A stretch of DNA of 29,459 bases from a virus, in IMG/VR virus record IMGVR_UViG_3300016476_000088, positions 1-29,459 of that record; one strand, 5' to 3'. The position numbers were made by a program, and so were the translations under genes. The first letter of the stretch is position 1; the number at the start of each line of letters is the position of its first letter. Of the stretch, positions 8,086 to 17,262 are shown piece by piece. The notes beneath the pieces were generated by a model that had not been told where the DNA came from, searched no databases, and saw only the letters and a list, made by a program, of their open reading frames with translations.

Positions 8086-10293
8086 TTATCCGTATGCCTC
8101 CAATATTACACCACTTGAACTGATTTTAAATGCTCTAAACGATGTATCAGTAGTCATTACCTTCCACCACAAAGAAGCACCATTAAATGTAGTTCCTAAA
8201 GTTTCATTTACATAATAAACATCTCCAATCGAAGGTGCGCCAATATTCTCCAAGTAAATTATATTACTTGTAAGAGGAGCAGCATATGCTTCTTCTTTAG
8301 TTAAGAATCCATTAGACCTAAAGTGTCCATATCCAGTTTCAGTTGTTGACAAATTATTTGTGTCATAAATAGTTGTCATAGTAGTTTCAATGTTATCTGG
8401 ATTAACATCTAATAAAGTAGCGCTTATTACATCATTTGGCAAATCCATTGTAGAATTACCGATTATGTATTTTTTATTGCTAACGCTAATTTGAGAAGGA
8501 TCAGTATCAGATGCGGTTATCATCATAGCACCACAAAATCTGCCGTCTGTTGTTTCCATACCCATAAACGAAGCATCTAAATTAATTATATTTTTATTTA
8601 ATACGTTAGAGTATTGTTTTACAACTAATTCGCTTAAACTTCTATAAGTTTCATCTTGAAATTCTTGTCTATACCAATTCTTTAATATTGCACCAGTAGA
8701 ATCGCTTAAAAATCCTTTGTAACTATAAAAACCATCATTTACGTCATTGAATCCCATAGGTAATTCAATTTCTAATACATATTCTTCTGTATCGTTAATA
8801 AAACTTTCAGTTGTTACCTCCTTAAAAAACGGAACAATAACTAAATGAAAATTATTAGCTTCAATAGATGCAACTGTTGTTTTCCAGTAAGAAACAGTTG
8901 TTTCATTTACAATTAATTCAACTACTAAATCTCCACTTGCAGGTGCTGGAGGTGTTTCTATATTAACATTTGCTCTTGGGTTATCGCCATCAAATGCTTC
9001 ATAATAATATTCATCTGCGCTTCCAGTAGCAATTACCCATTTATTTTCCCAATTTAAATAGTAATCATCTGTTGCGGTATTTATTTGAACTTTTAATAAA
9101 AAAAGAGCATCTGGACCACTTGCTGGTGTTCCTAAACCAACAACATCAAAATTTATTTTTAGTACTTCATTCAACCCAATATTAGGTAAATTTAAAGGAG
9201 CAACAGTTGCATAATTTGGACTTGTTGGAGGTGCTAACATTATCCAAGAATTAAATTTCCTATCTGGATATGATTTTATGTATATCGTTCCACCATTCCT
9301 TGATGCAATCCAACTATAAGCGTTACCTTCCGTTGGGCTTACTACTGTGTAGTTCTTTAAGTCCCAGTTTGTTATGTAATTACTTGGATATTCAATTACT
9401 TTGTTAAATCTAATCTTATTATATCCTTTTCTAATTAGTTTAAACTGGCTATTGTCTACAAAGAATAAGCCGCTTGTATTATTAGTAAAGCCTTCAATAT
9501 TACCAGTTAAATCTTGCGTAAATCCACCGAAAACTGTTCCATTTGATAAGTAAACAGTTGAGTAGTAAGAATCTTGCGCAAATTGAGTTAAAGGCACAAT
9601 ATAAAAGTTACCTCTTGACTGAAACAACCTTGCGCCAAAAGACTTTACTATTTGAGTTAAAACATCAAGACAATTTGTTGGTTCTTGATTGTCATTAACA
9701 AAAGTTGCATAATTAGCATATGTTTGGTTCAAAGGATCTGCTGCCACATTATCATCTCTATTGTTCATTCCTTCTGCATAAAAGCTAATTCCACTAATTA
9801 TGTTATATGTTAAAGGATATTGTAGCTTTGACAAGCAATTTGATATGAATGTAATTAATGTATCAGTATCTACTAATGTGTAATCAGTTGGCAAATACAA
9901 AGGTATTCTTTCAAGCATACCTAATCCATCAATAGCATTAAATGCTAATTGTTTTCTACCAGTTGAAAATAAATATTGAACATTATCACTTAAAACCCAA
10001 CCTTGCCAATCTAAGTTTGATTCACTAAATAGTCTTACAAAGTATTTACGATCATCTAAAGTCGTGAAGTCTGGCATATTTTCTACATCATCAGTTACAT
10101 CTATTGCTACATTTAACTGGCTTACATAAATAGGCTCAAATGCATTATCGCTTCTTGGGATGTATTGCATTTGCATACTTACACAAGGATATTCTATTAT
10201 ATCTCCAACATATCCATCTTCATAAATATTTAAAATGCTTGTTACATCTGCTTTTGTTGCGGAAGTAATTCTATATTTAATTTGATATGCCAT
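8086..10293 (-). CDS. Large distal tail/baseplate structural protein (in the Dit/Tal position downstream of the tape measure)
   Basis: Call rests on its 735-aa size and its position: it is coupled (TAATG at 10293) to the tape measure gene. I recognised no catalytic motif. Confidence 0.5.
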   Translation of the reverse strand: MAYQIKYRITSATKADVTSILNIYEDGYVGDIIEYPCVSMQMQYIPRSDNAFEPIYVSQLNVAIDVTDDVENMPDFTTLDDRKYFVRLFSESNLDWQGWVLSDNVQYLFSTGRKQLAFNAIDGLGMLERIPLYLPTDYTLVDTDTLITFISNCLSKLQYPLTYNIISGISFYAEGMNNRDDNVAADPLNQTYANYATFVNDNQEPTNCLDVLTQIVKSFGARLFQSRGNFYIVPLTQFAQDSYYSTVYLSNGTVFGGFTQDLTGNIEGFTNNTSGLFFVDNSQFKLIRKGYNKIRFNKVIEYPSNYITNWDLKNYTVVSPTEGNAYSWIASRNGGTIYIKSYPDRKFNSWIMLAPPTSPNYATVAPLNLPNIGLNEVLKINFDVVGLGTPASGPDALFLLKVQINTATDDYYLNWENKWVIATGSADEYYYEAFDGDNPRANVNIETPPAPASGDLVVELIVNETTVSYWKTTVASIEANNFHLVIVPFFKEVTTESFINDTEEYVLEIELPMGFNDVNDGFYSYKGFLSDSTGAILKNWYRQEFQDETYRSLSELVVKQYSNVLNKNIINLDASFMGMETTDGRFCGAMMITASDTDPSQISVSNKKYIIGNSTMDLPNDVISATLLDVNPDNIETTMTTIYDTNNLSTTETGYGHFRSNGFLTKEEAYAAPLTSNIIYLENIGAPSIGDVYYVNETLGTTFNGASLWWKVMTTDTSFRAFKISSSGVILEAYG

Positions 10294-11816
10294 TAGTTGC
10301 CTCGTCTTATGTTTAAGTTATTATTTGCTCTTTGAGTAGCTAAAACCAAATCAGAACCTTTAAGTATAAATTCACCTATAAAATTACCACCTCCCATTGA
10401 TAACCCACTTGTATTAACACCTGCTGGTATTGGTGCGCCACCAGTTATTGCAGCCATAATTGTTTGAAATAACAATGCTTGAGCAACCATTGAAGCTAAT
10501 TGTATTATAATTTGCTTAAATGCCAATTCCAATGCTTTGCCTACATCCTCGCCAATAACCATTGCTTGAATTACACTATCAAAAGCTGGTGCAAGTAAAT
10601 TTGTTATTTCTTGCGTTTGTTTTAATTGAAAATTAAATAATTCTTGTGCTTTAGCAAGTCTTTCCATTTCTAATGCTCTTTCAACTGCGTCAACGCCATT
10701 ATAATTGCCACCAAATGTTTGTGGTGCAGATGGAATTGTAGGAGTTTGAGGCGTATCCATTAAAACTGGGTTAGTTGCATCTGGTGCTAAAGGTCTTGCC
10801 TGACCTCCTATTCTCTGTATATTATCTGCAATTTGCTTTGTTGAATTAGCTAATTGTTTAGCACCCTTATCTAACTTAAAGAATGGATTATCTAAAGCTA
10901 ATGTTATAGTGTTATTTAATTCTTTATTTAAACTTATAATACTACTTCTTAAACCTAATGCAGCATTTCTTGCATCTATATTTGCGTTTTTTGCTTTAGA
11001 TACAGAAGCAGCTTGTACTATTGAAGCATCGGCATAACCATTAGACATTTTAGAAGTCATTTCTAAAGTCTGATAGTATTCCCTTCCAGTTTGTAAAATC
11101 TTTTTATTTGCGTCTGCTAAAGCTATTGTCTTATTAGCAATTTCGTCAATATATCTTGAAGTTATTGCTTGTGCAACTAATGCTTTTGTATATAAATCAA
11201 CTGCAAGTCTTGCTTGATCCACATTTGTAATTGTAGAAGCGTATGCAGCATTTACTTTACTTAATTCATTTTTTACTGCATTTAATGCCTCTGCCCTTCT
11301 TTCATCACTTACACTTGCATTTTGTGTAATATTTAAATATGCTTGTAATCTTATACCAGTTTCACTTGCCTCTGCTCTCGCATCTTTTAACCCTTGTGCA
11401 AATTTTTCTTCTGCTTTTGTAGCTTCATTAGTACCATTAATAAAATCTGCTATTTTAGGACCAAATGCGACAATAATAGAAGAAACTGCACCTAAAGCTA
11501 AACCTATACCAGCTGGTCCCATTAAACCACTCGCCATTGCCTTTAAAGCACCACCAGCACCACCAGCCTCTTTGCTTAGTCTTTGGAATGATTCAAGTAA
11601 AGGGTTTAAGTTGTTTGCAATACCTATAAATCCGTAAGGAGCATCTTGCGCAACCCTTGATAGGTTTGTTAAAGCGTTGGTAGCTTGATTGCTTGTGCTT
11701 GGCAACGTTTTAAATGCATTACCTAACTTTTGAGTTTCGGTAACTGTTTGTTGGATATTTTGTACCGCTTGTTTATTGTCAGCGGTTATCGTAATTTTTA
11801 ACGTTTCTTGTGCCAT
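10293..11816 (-). CDS. Tape measure protein
   Basis: 507 aa, helical and Ala/Gln-rich with Gly-rich hydrophobic segments (GGAGGALKAMASGLMGPAGIGLALGAV). It lies immediately after the G/GT chaperone pair. Confidence 0.8.
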   Translation of the reverse strand: MAQETLKITITADNKQAVQNIQQTVTETQKLGNAFKTLPSTSNQATNALTNLSRVAQDAPYGFIGIANNLNPLLESFQRLSKEAGGAGGALKAMASGLMGPAGIGLALGAVSSIIVAFGPKIADFINGTNEATKAEEKFAQGLKDARAEASETGIRLQAYLNITQNASVSDERRAEALNAVKNELSKVNAAYASTITNVDQARLAVDLYTKALVAQAITSRYIDEIANKTIALADANKKILQTGREYYQTLEMTSKMSNGYADASIVQAASVSKAKNANIDARNAALGLRSSIISLNKELNNTITLALDNPFFKLDKGAKQLANSTKQIADNIQRIGGQARPLAPDATNPVLMDTPQTPTIPSAPQTFGGNYNGVDAVERALEMERLAKAQELFNFQLKQTQEITNLLAPAFDSVIQAMVIGEDVGKALELAFKQIIIQLASMVAQALLFQTIMAAITGGAPIPAGVNTSGLSMGGGNFIGEFILKGSDLVLATQRANNNLNIRRGN

Positions 11817-11820
11817 TTTA

Positions 11821-12485
11821 TTATTTTACTCCATACAACTTTAATGTCCTTGCCAATTGTTCATCTGTTAGTTTAGGACTATCATCTACTTCATCCGTTT
11901 GATCACTCGGTAAAGGAAAAAACGCCTTTAAACTCTTAGGACTTTTTTCGTTAGTATTTGCTTTATATATCAAATAACTAATCATCCTTGTTCTTTCCCA
12001 CTCCCTTATTTCCTTGTTCTCGTAAGCCTTTTTATATAATAAAAATTCTCGCCACGTCAATTGCCAAAACTCGTTAATCGTTAAGCCAACTTCAATAGCG
12101 AGAATAATTATTGAGTCCCAACTATAAAACCCTAATTTTTTTTTTCATCCGTCCCCTTATCTGGCTTTAGGTCTGGAGTCATTGAGTCTTGCATATATTG
12201 CATAAACGCAACCAATTGACCATCCTTTGCAGATAACCCACCAACTTCGTCAATCCATTCGCAAACTTCAAACTCTGCGAAGTCAATAGGCTTTTTAAGG
12301 CTCTTATATCCACTTTCGGCTGCGGCTTGAACAATATGAACAATGGTGTCCAAATCATAAATCCCGCTTGACAAAACTTCAATTAACTCCATTAGGTTTT
12401 TATTCTCTAACTCGCAAAATCGTTTCATCGCCCAAGTTCCCCACTTAAGAGGTATTGTGTTGTTGTTGGTCTTAAGTTCAAACAT
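11821..12485 (-). CDS. Tail assembly chaperone, -1 frameshift-extended (gpGT-like) product
   Basis: The -1 frame is open from the A10 run to the stop at 11821. It reads ...KLGFYSWDSIIILAIEVGLTINEFWQLTWREFLLYKK..., and the track's 79-aa ORF is its tail. The coordinate arithmetic (codon phase 2 to phase 0) fits a -1 shift. Confidence 0.65.
12132..12485 (-). CDS. Tail assembly chaperone (gpG-like, frame-0 product)
   Basis: Located between the major tail protein and the tape measure. It ends ...KGTDEKKN* within an A10 run. Confidence 0.7.
   Translation of the reverse strand: MFELKTNNNTIPLKWGTWAMKRFCELENKNLMELIEVLSSGIYDLDTIVHIVQAAAESGYKSLKKPIDFAEFEVCEWIDEVGGLSAKDGQLVAFMQYMQDSMTPDLKPDKGTDEKKN
12136..12145 (-). 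promoter_or_regulatory. Slippery homopolymer (A10 on the coding strand), the candidate -1 programmed frameshift site
   Basis: Coding-strand sequence is GAT GAA AAA AAA AAT TAG. The downstream ORF is in the -1 frame and has no ATG start of its own. Confidence 0.65.
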
Positions 12486-12500
12486 ATGTTTTTATTTTAT

Positions 12501-12941
12501 TTATACAGTTTCAGTCTGCGTCAAAGGAGGAGTAGTTACTACGAAAGTTGCAGTAAATTTAACATCATCCTTATCATCAGCAGTTACACCAAAATCGCTA
12601 ATAAAAACTTGTCCGCTATAAGTAATATCTCCAGCACTTGGAGTTGCCTTACCCATCTTAATATTGAAAGATGTTTTAGCAGCGTGTGCAGCATACAATT
12701 GTTGGTAGCTATCTTTCGCTGGAGTTCCAGTTTCGTCAATCGCAAAACCTTCACACTCAATTGTTTGAGAAAAAGAAGGACTTGGAGTGTAAGAATCTCC
12801 ACACTTAGAAGTAGCATCAATTGTACCTAAAGTTGATGTAATTGAGTTAGATGTCAAACAAGCTACTGGCTTGAAAGTTGCATCTCCGTCTATGTCAGCT
12901 AATAGGATATAATCTCTACCGCTTACTTTTGTTTCTGCCAT
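12501..12941 (-). CDS. Major tail protein (TP901-1/phi13-like tube protein)
   Basis: 146 aa in the canonical position upstream of the chaperone pair. It has the tube-protein pattern and there is no sheath gene nearby. Confidence 0.7.
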   Translation of the reverse strand: MAETKVSGRDYILLADIDGDATFKPVACLTSNSITSTLGTIDATSKCGDSYTPSPSFSQTIECEGFAIDETGTPAKDSYQQLYAAHAAKTSFNIKMGKATPSAGDITYSGQVFISDFGVTADDKDDVKFTATFVVTTPPLTQTETV

Positions 12942-12952
12942 TGTATTTAATT

Positions 12953-13360
12953 TTAAATTTGAGTTATAGTTATGTTATAAGTTATTAATACTCTAAAAAC
13001 GTTATCGGTCGGGTTTAAGCCATCTAAATTCCTAATGCTCTCAACACTTAAACTTGAAGCAGTAAATCCGTTTGCCAACGTTATTGTTGTATCCGAGTTT
13101 ATTGCGTTCAACACTAAATCACTTATCGCTTCCGCACGTTTATAGCCAAAGTTAGCATTTTTTGTAATAATATCAACTGTTATTGAAATACTATTAGTAA
13201 ACCCAGTTTTACCTTGTTCTTGACTTGATGTTCTACCAGTCATAACGATGTATTCATCTCCTGCGCCTTCTGGTGCAAAACCATCATAAACGACCAATCC
13301 ACTTGCACTTGTCAAGTTGGTATAAAACCATTTCTTTATTTCTATATTAGGATTAAGCAT
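12953..13360 (-). CDS. Tail completion/terminator-like protein (DUF3168-like)
   Basis: Call rests on its position between the gp10-like protein and the major tail protein, its size, and the pattern VVYDGFAP....EYIVM. Confidence 0.5.
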   Translation of the reverse strand: MLNPNIEIKKWFYTNLTSASGLVVYDGFAPEGAGDEYIVMTGRTSSQEQGKTGFTNSISITVDIITKNANFGYKRAEAISDLVLNAINSDTTITLANGFTASSLSVESIRNLDGLNPTDNVFRVLITYNITITQI

Positions 13361-13769
13361 TTAATAACTTTTTTACTCTTTGAATTAATTTAGGCTTTTC
13401 GGCTTCATACGAAGGTATCAAAAATGGTTGTGGTCTTATATTTATTTTTCTTAATCCTTTACCTTTAAATACACGAGCCAACTCGTCATATCCAGCTGGT
13501 ATAGAAACACTTGCACCAGTCCCAAATTCAATATAAGGCGCATATTTTGCCTTTGCCTCTACCTCGTATGTTAAGTCAGTTATTGGGTTTATAACTATAC
13601 TTCCTCTTAAAAAACCTAAATCTATTGGAGCAAGTCGCTTGGCACTGGATAAAATTGTTAAAGAAGATGAATTAATTTCATCCGCTAAATCTTGCTTTAA
13701 ATTCTTGTCTATCTTTTCTAAAGCATCTTTTATCTCTTTTATACCAGTTAGACTTAAACCAAATGCCAT
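13353..13769 (-). CDS. HK97 gp10-family head-tail joining protein
   Basis: AKRLAPIDLGFLRGSI...AKYAPYIEFGTG matches the gp10-family signature (AP.dTG.Lr.SI ... YA.yVEfGT). Confidence 0.8.
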   Translation of the reverse strand: MAFGLSLTGIKEIKDALEKIDKNLKQDLADEINSSSLTILSSAKRLAPIDLGFLRGSIVINPITDLTYEVEAKAKYAPYIEFGTGASVSIPAGYDELARVFKGKGLRKINIRPQPFLIPSYEAEKPKLIQRVKKLLNA

Positions 13770-14110
13770 TATCGGTAAATTATTAGTTCCAAAAATCTAT
13801 GTTGATTCTCTACATCCTTAATAGAATGGATAGTATAACGCACATTTTCAACCTCAACTTCGTAATCATTTTGTATAGTAACACCATAACGTATATAAAG
13901 CCTTTTTCTTTGATCAAATTGTAATTCAGACTCATCTATTGCACGGGACTTATTATCTGGTCTTAAATCGCCCCAAACAGTCGTTTGTAGAGCAAATGAG
14001 GTTGTGTATCCACCTTGCCCATCGCTAACACGAGTTGCAGCGTAAATTTTGACCTCACGAGTCATTGTGTTTGCGTCAATATAGTTTGCTTTCGCTTTTC
14101 CTAACTTCAT
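13769..14110 (-). CDS. Head closure / head-tail adaptor protein (Phage_H_T_join-like)
   Basis: Call rests on its size, its position and the pattern TVWGDLRP...RLYIRY...YTIHSI. Confidence 0.7.
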   Translation of the reverse strand: MKLGKAKANYIDANTMTREVKIYAATRVSDGQGGYTTSFALQTTVWGDLRPDNKSRAIDESELQFDQRKRLYIRYGVTIQNDYEVEVENVRYTIHSIKDVENQHRFLELIIYR

Positions 14111-14111
14111 A

Positions 14112-14654
14112 TTATAAAATTGGGCTTATTCTTGTCCATCTTTGGCACGCCTTCCACGCTTTATTACAAATACCAGTGTCGCTATCCAACCCTCTATTCT
14201 CGTAATCGTAGCTAACTTGGTCTAAAATAGCTAATTTAAGATCTGTTGGGATAGTTGTATAACCAGCCTCATAAGTAGCCTTTAAATTGCCGTAATGCGG
14301 GTAAGCTAATTTAGGGAACTCATCTCCGATTAATTGTAGGTTTGTTCCAGTAATTTCTAAAGCGTTTTGTTCCATATCGAACAACTGAAACGTGCTAATG
14401 TCAATTGGACCAAAAGGTATGTCAAAATCTCCGCTAATATTGTTAAAATAAGTTGTTACATCTTTAGGAATCAAACTTAACCCAGTTGCCACCTCGATAG
14501 CTTCCCTTGCTTGTGTTATCATTAAAGTGATTAATGTATCATCTGCGTTGGTTGTTACCCTACAATAGTTTTTAGCTTCTGCAAGTGTAACTGGTTCAAC
14601 TATTGGCGCAATAGGTACTGCGCTAAAGTCATTAATATAATTGGAATAAGCCAT
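14112..14654 (-). CDS. Head-tail connector protein (gp6-like)
   Basis: LAEAKNYCRVTTNADDTLITLMITQAREAIEVATGLSL is the typical gp6-like connector N-terminal motif. Confidence 0.75.
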   Translation of the reverse strand: MAYSNYINDFSAVPIAPIVEPVTLAEAKNYCRVTTNADDTLITLMITQAREAIEVATGLSLIPKDVTTYFNNISGDFDIPFGPIDISTFQLFDMEQNALEITGTNLQLIGDEFPKLAYPHYGNLKATYEAGYTTIPTDLKLAILDQVSYDYENRGLDSDTGICNKAWKACQRWTRISPIL

Positions 14655-14676
14655 ATACTTCTTTTTACAAAATTAC

Positions 14677-15327
14677 TTAATTATTCTTATTCTTTCTATT
14701 TTTTGCTGCAATGCTTAATTTAAGCCTCCATTCATCAGTAATTACCCTTGCTTTTAGCTTTTGTCTATGTTCTTCACTTAATCTACGACCACTCATTGAT
14801 TCACTAATTTTATTTTTAGTTTCATCTGTTCTTTTCAATCCTTTCCTTGCTTTACTTAATTTTTCTTTCCATTCATCACTTTGCTTTTTACCCCTATTGC
14901 CATTACCAAGTTTTATCCTTGATTCTTCTGTTAATATTCTTTCTTTGTTATATTTAATAACGGCATCAATGGCATTTTGATTTGCTTTTCTGCCTTTTAA
15001 AGCATTACTTATTTTTTTCTTGCTTTCTTCACTATGTCCACCACTAAAATCATTTGTTTTAACTAAAATACAATTTAATCCGTTTTTACTTGTCGAATCG
15101 TACATTTCTTGAAAATACCTTTCCAACTTGTTTAAATCATCTTTAGAACATTCAGCTATCAATTGAAACTTATGATTTTCAACTCCATACTTAACCAATG
15201 AATTATAAATTCTTGGTTGCTCTTTGCACTTCAATAATTTGTAGTGCCTTAATCTTCTTGCATAGTCAATAGTTTGACCAATATAAACTTTACCTTTTGG
15301 GTTTGTTATTTTATATATTCCTATCAT
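14677..15327 (-). mobile_element. Free-standing GIY-YIG homing endonuclease gene with NUMOD3-type repeats
   Basis: GIYKITNPKGKVYIGQT...R...Y is the GIY-YIG motif. Repeated S.E.K.K.S...KG/R units are NUMOD3-like. It is inserted between the capsid and connector genes. Confidence 0.85.
15266..15318. repeat. 53-nt segment about 90% identical to 29135-29187 (5' ends of the two GIY-YIG genes)
   Basis: tcaatagtttgaccaatataaactttaccttttgggtttgttattttatatat versus tcaatagttgatccaatataaattttaccttttggatttgttattttatatat. Confidence 0.8.
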
Positions 15328-15359
15328 AAAAAAGGGGTGCAGCTTTTATACTACACCCC
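15328..15359 (-). terminator. Rho-independent terminator downstream of the major capsid gene
   Basis: Minus strand reads GGGGTGTAGTATAAAAGCTGCACCCC followed by TTTTTT. The U-tract directly abuts the endonuclease ATG. Confidence 0.7.
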
Positions 15360-15396
15360 AAAGATAGGATATTTACTTTAACATTAAGATTATATC

Positions 15397-16491
15397 TTAA
15401 GCAACATTGCCCATATCAGCATAAATTGCACTTGTAGTAAGCATGAGATTGATGTCTTCGTAGCACTCTATTCTCGCAGTTACCAAGTTCTTTTGGAAGT
15501 TATCTCCATTCTCGTAAGAGAACTCGATAGCTAAACCTTCAACTTCAACACGCTCTAAGTAGCTTGAATCGAAGATCAATACTTTGTCATCAGTTACCCA
15601 AGATGCAGATACAACTGGAACACCCCAGATTGTAATACCGCCGTTAGGAGAAACTACAACAGATCCGTTACCAGCATAGTAACCAGCAGCAACAGTAGCT
15701 TTCAATAATCTACCCATTTGAGTTTGAGATACTAAAGCGTAAGAAGGAACGAAGTTTGCAGTCTTTTGGTTACCGATGTAATCGATCAACTGTAATAAAT
15801 CGTTAGTTTCAGAAGTTGTTGTAGAACCAGTTGCAGCACCAGATACAGTAGAGAAGAAAGCAGCGTTCTCAGCTTTGAAGAAATCTCTTTGTAACATTCT
15901 TGGTAAAGTTTGAGTCATAAAAGGTAAAGACTTCAACATTTGCTTAGAGAATGTAGAGAAACCAGCTAAGTAGTCGTTTACAACTTTAACTTCAGTCAAA
16001 GAGTAGTTGTTCTCGCCTTTATCAGCACCTTCTGTTTGAGCAGCGATGTTGTTAGTCAAACCGCTATTCTCACGATAGTAAACATATAGACCGCTTTCGC
16101 TTCTTACAGTAGGGATTAAATCTCTAAAGTTTAAAGACTGAGCAGGTTGAATTGCTGGGTTTGGAGCGTAAGACGCTTGTGCATCTCCAGTTAAGTTACC
16201 AGACAAAGTCATAGTCTTAACATCGCTTAAATCCAAACGATACTTACCATTGTTCTTTAAAGACTTTTCCATTGCATCGAAGTTGCCATCTAATTTCTCT
16301 AAGATAACTTCGTCAATGTGCTTAACTTCTTTTTTAGCAGCTTTCTTTTGAGCAGCTAATTGAGAATCGATTTGTTTTTGTAACTCATCTTTTACAACAG
16401 TTACTTGTGCAGCTACCTCTTTAATTTGAGCTTCTGCGTTAGCTTGAAAAGCTTTAAGGTTCTCTGCCATTTCGTTGATTAAATTTTCCAT
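15397..16491 (-). CDS. Major capsid protein (HK97 fold) with an N-terminal coiled-coil delta-like region
   Basis: 364 aa, located directly after the prohead protease. It has a coiled-coil N-terminus and is followed by a strong terminator. Confidence 0.85.
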   Translation of the reverse strand: MENLINEMAENLKAFQANAEAQIKEVAAQVTVVKDELQKQIDSQLAAQKKAAKKEVKHIDEVILEKLDGNFDAMEKSLKNNGKYRLDLSDVKTMTLSGNLTGDAQASYAPNPAIQPAQSLNFRDLIPTVRSESGLYVYYRENSGLTNNIAAQTEGADKGENNYSLTEVKVVNDYLAGFSTFSKQMLKSLPFMTQTLPRMLQRDFFKAENAAFFSTVSGAATGSTTTSETNDLLQLIDYIGNQKTANFVPSYALVSQTQMGRLLKATVAAGYYAGNGSVVVSPNGGITIWGVPVVSASWVTDDKVLIFDSSYLERVEVEGLAIEFSYENGDNFQKNLVTARIECYEDINLMLTTSAIYADMGNVA

Positions 16492-16493
16492 TT

Positions 16494-17240
16494 TTACTTT
16501 TTAAATAGATTGTTAAATTGTTTAATTGCCTTCAATACTTCCTCGTTATTCTTTTCTTCAACCGCTGGTGTCGGCTCAACTGCTTCTGCGGGTTGAGTGA
16601 TAGTTTCAGCAACTTCCAAAGCCAATAACTCGGCTTGTATTTGTTTTATTTGAATCTCCATCAAAGCGAATGTGTCATCTGTAAAAGTTCCACCTCTAAA
16701 TGCCTTGATTAAGTTTTCTAAACGCAAAGATAAAGTTTCCTTAGTTTCTTTAAATTCTCCCTTGAAACCCAAAGTTGGAGTTTCTGGGTTAGCACCCCAT
16801 AATACCGCTGAACCTTCATAAAGTTTTAATTCAGTGATTGTACGAACTCCAGTTTGACTATCGTATTCTGATTTGATTGTACTAAAACCAATTGAGTGTT
16901 GATTGATTAAACCAGCTTCATACAATTTGATTGCATCTTCGCCACATTCAGTTTCTACTAAGTCAGTTACCGCTACAAGCATATCGCCTTCAATGTACAA
17001 TTCTTTAGGCTTACCTAAAGTATGCGCCATATCTGCTTTGTGATCAACTAAAGACCAAACCATATTTTTACCTAATGGTCCACGTTCAGCAATTGTCTTA
17101 GTAAATGCAGAAGCAACAATAATATCATTGTCTAAATCAAGGTTACCTATTCTTGACCAACAAGCCTTTACAGTTCTTGTTTCTGGTGCAATATCTATGA
17201 TTGTACCATCTGCGCTTTTTAATGTGTAATTTTTACTCAT
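16494..17240 (-). CDS. Prohead serine protease (HK97/S78 family) with a C-terminal helical extension
   Basis: DLDNDIIVASAF, LVDH, HSIGF and LYEGSAVLWGANP match the S78 family pattern. Confidence 0.8.
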   Translation of the reverse strand: MSKNYTLKSADGTIIDIAPETRTVKACWSRIGNLDLDNDIIVASAFTKTIAERGPLGKNMVWSLVDHKADMAHTLGKPKELYIEGDMLVAVTDLVETECGEDAIKLYEAGLINQHSIGFSTIKSEYDSQTGVRTITELKLYEGSAVLWGANPETPTLGFKGEFKETKETLSLRLENLIKAFRGGTFTDDTFALMEIQIKQIQAELLALEVAETITQPAEAVEPTPAVEEKNNEEVLKAIKQFNNLFKK

Positions 17241-17262
17241 ATAACAAAGTTATTAATTTTTT

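Noticed and set aside
12060-12145. A10 run interpreted as a frameshift mutation or pseudogene, with the 79-aa ORF as an independent TTG-initiated gene
   Set aside because: The position between the major tail protein and the tape measure, the -1 phase relationship and the open frame reaching back to the slippery run all match the conserved G/GT recoding. The sequencing-error caveat is noted in the findings.
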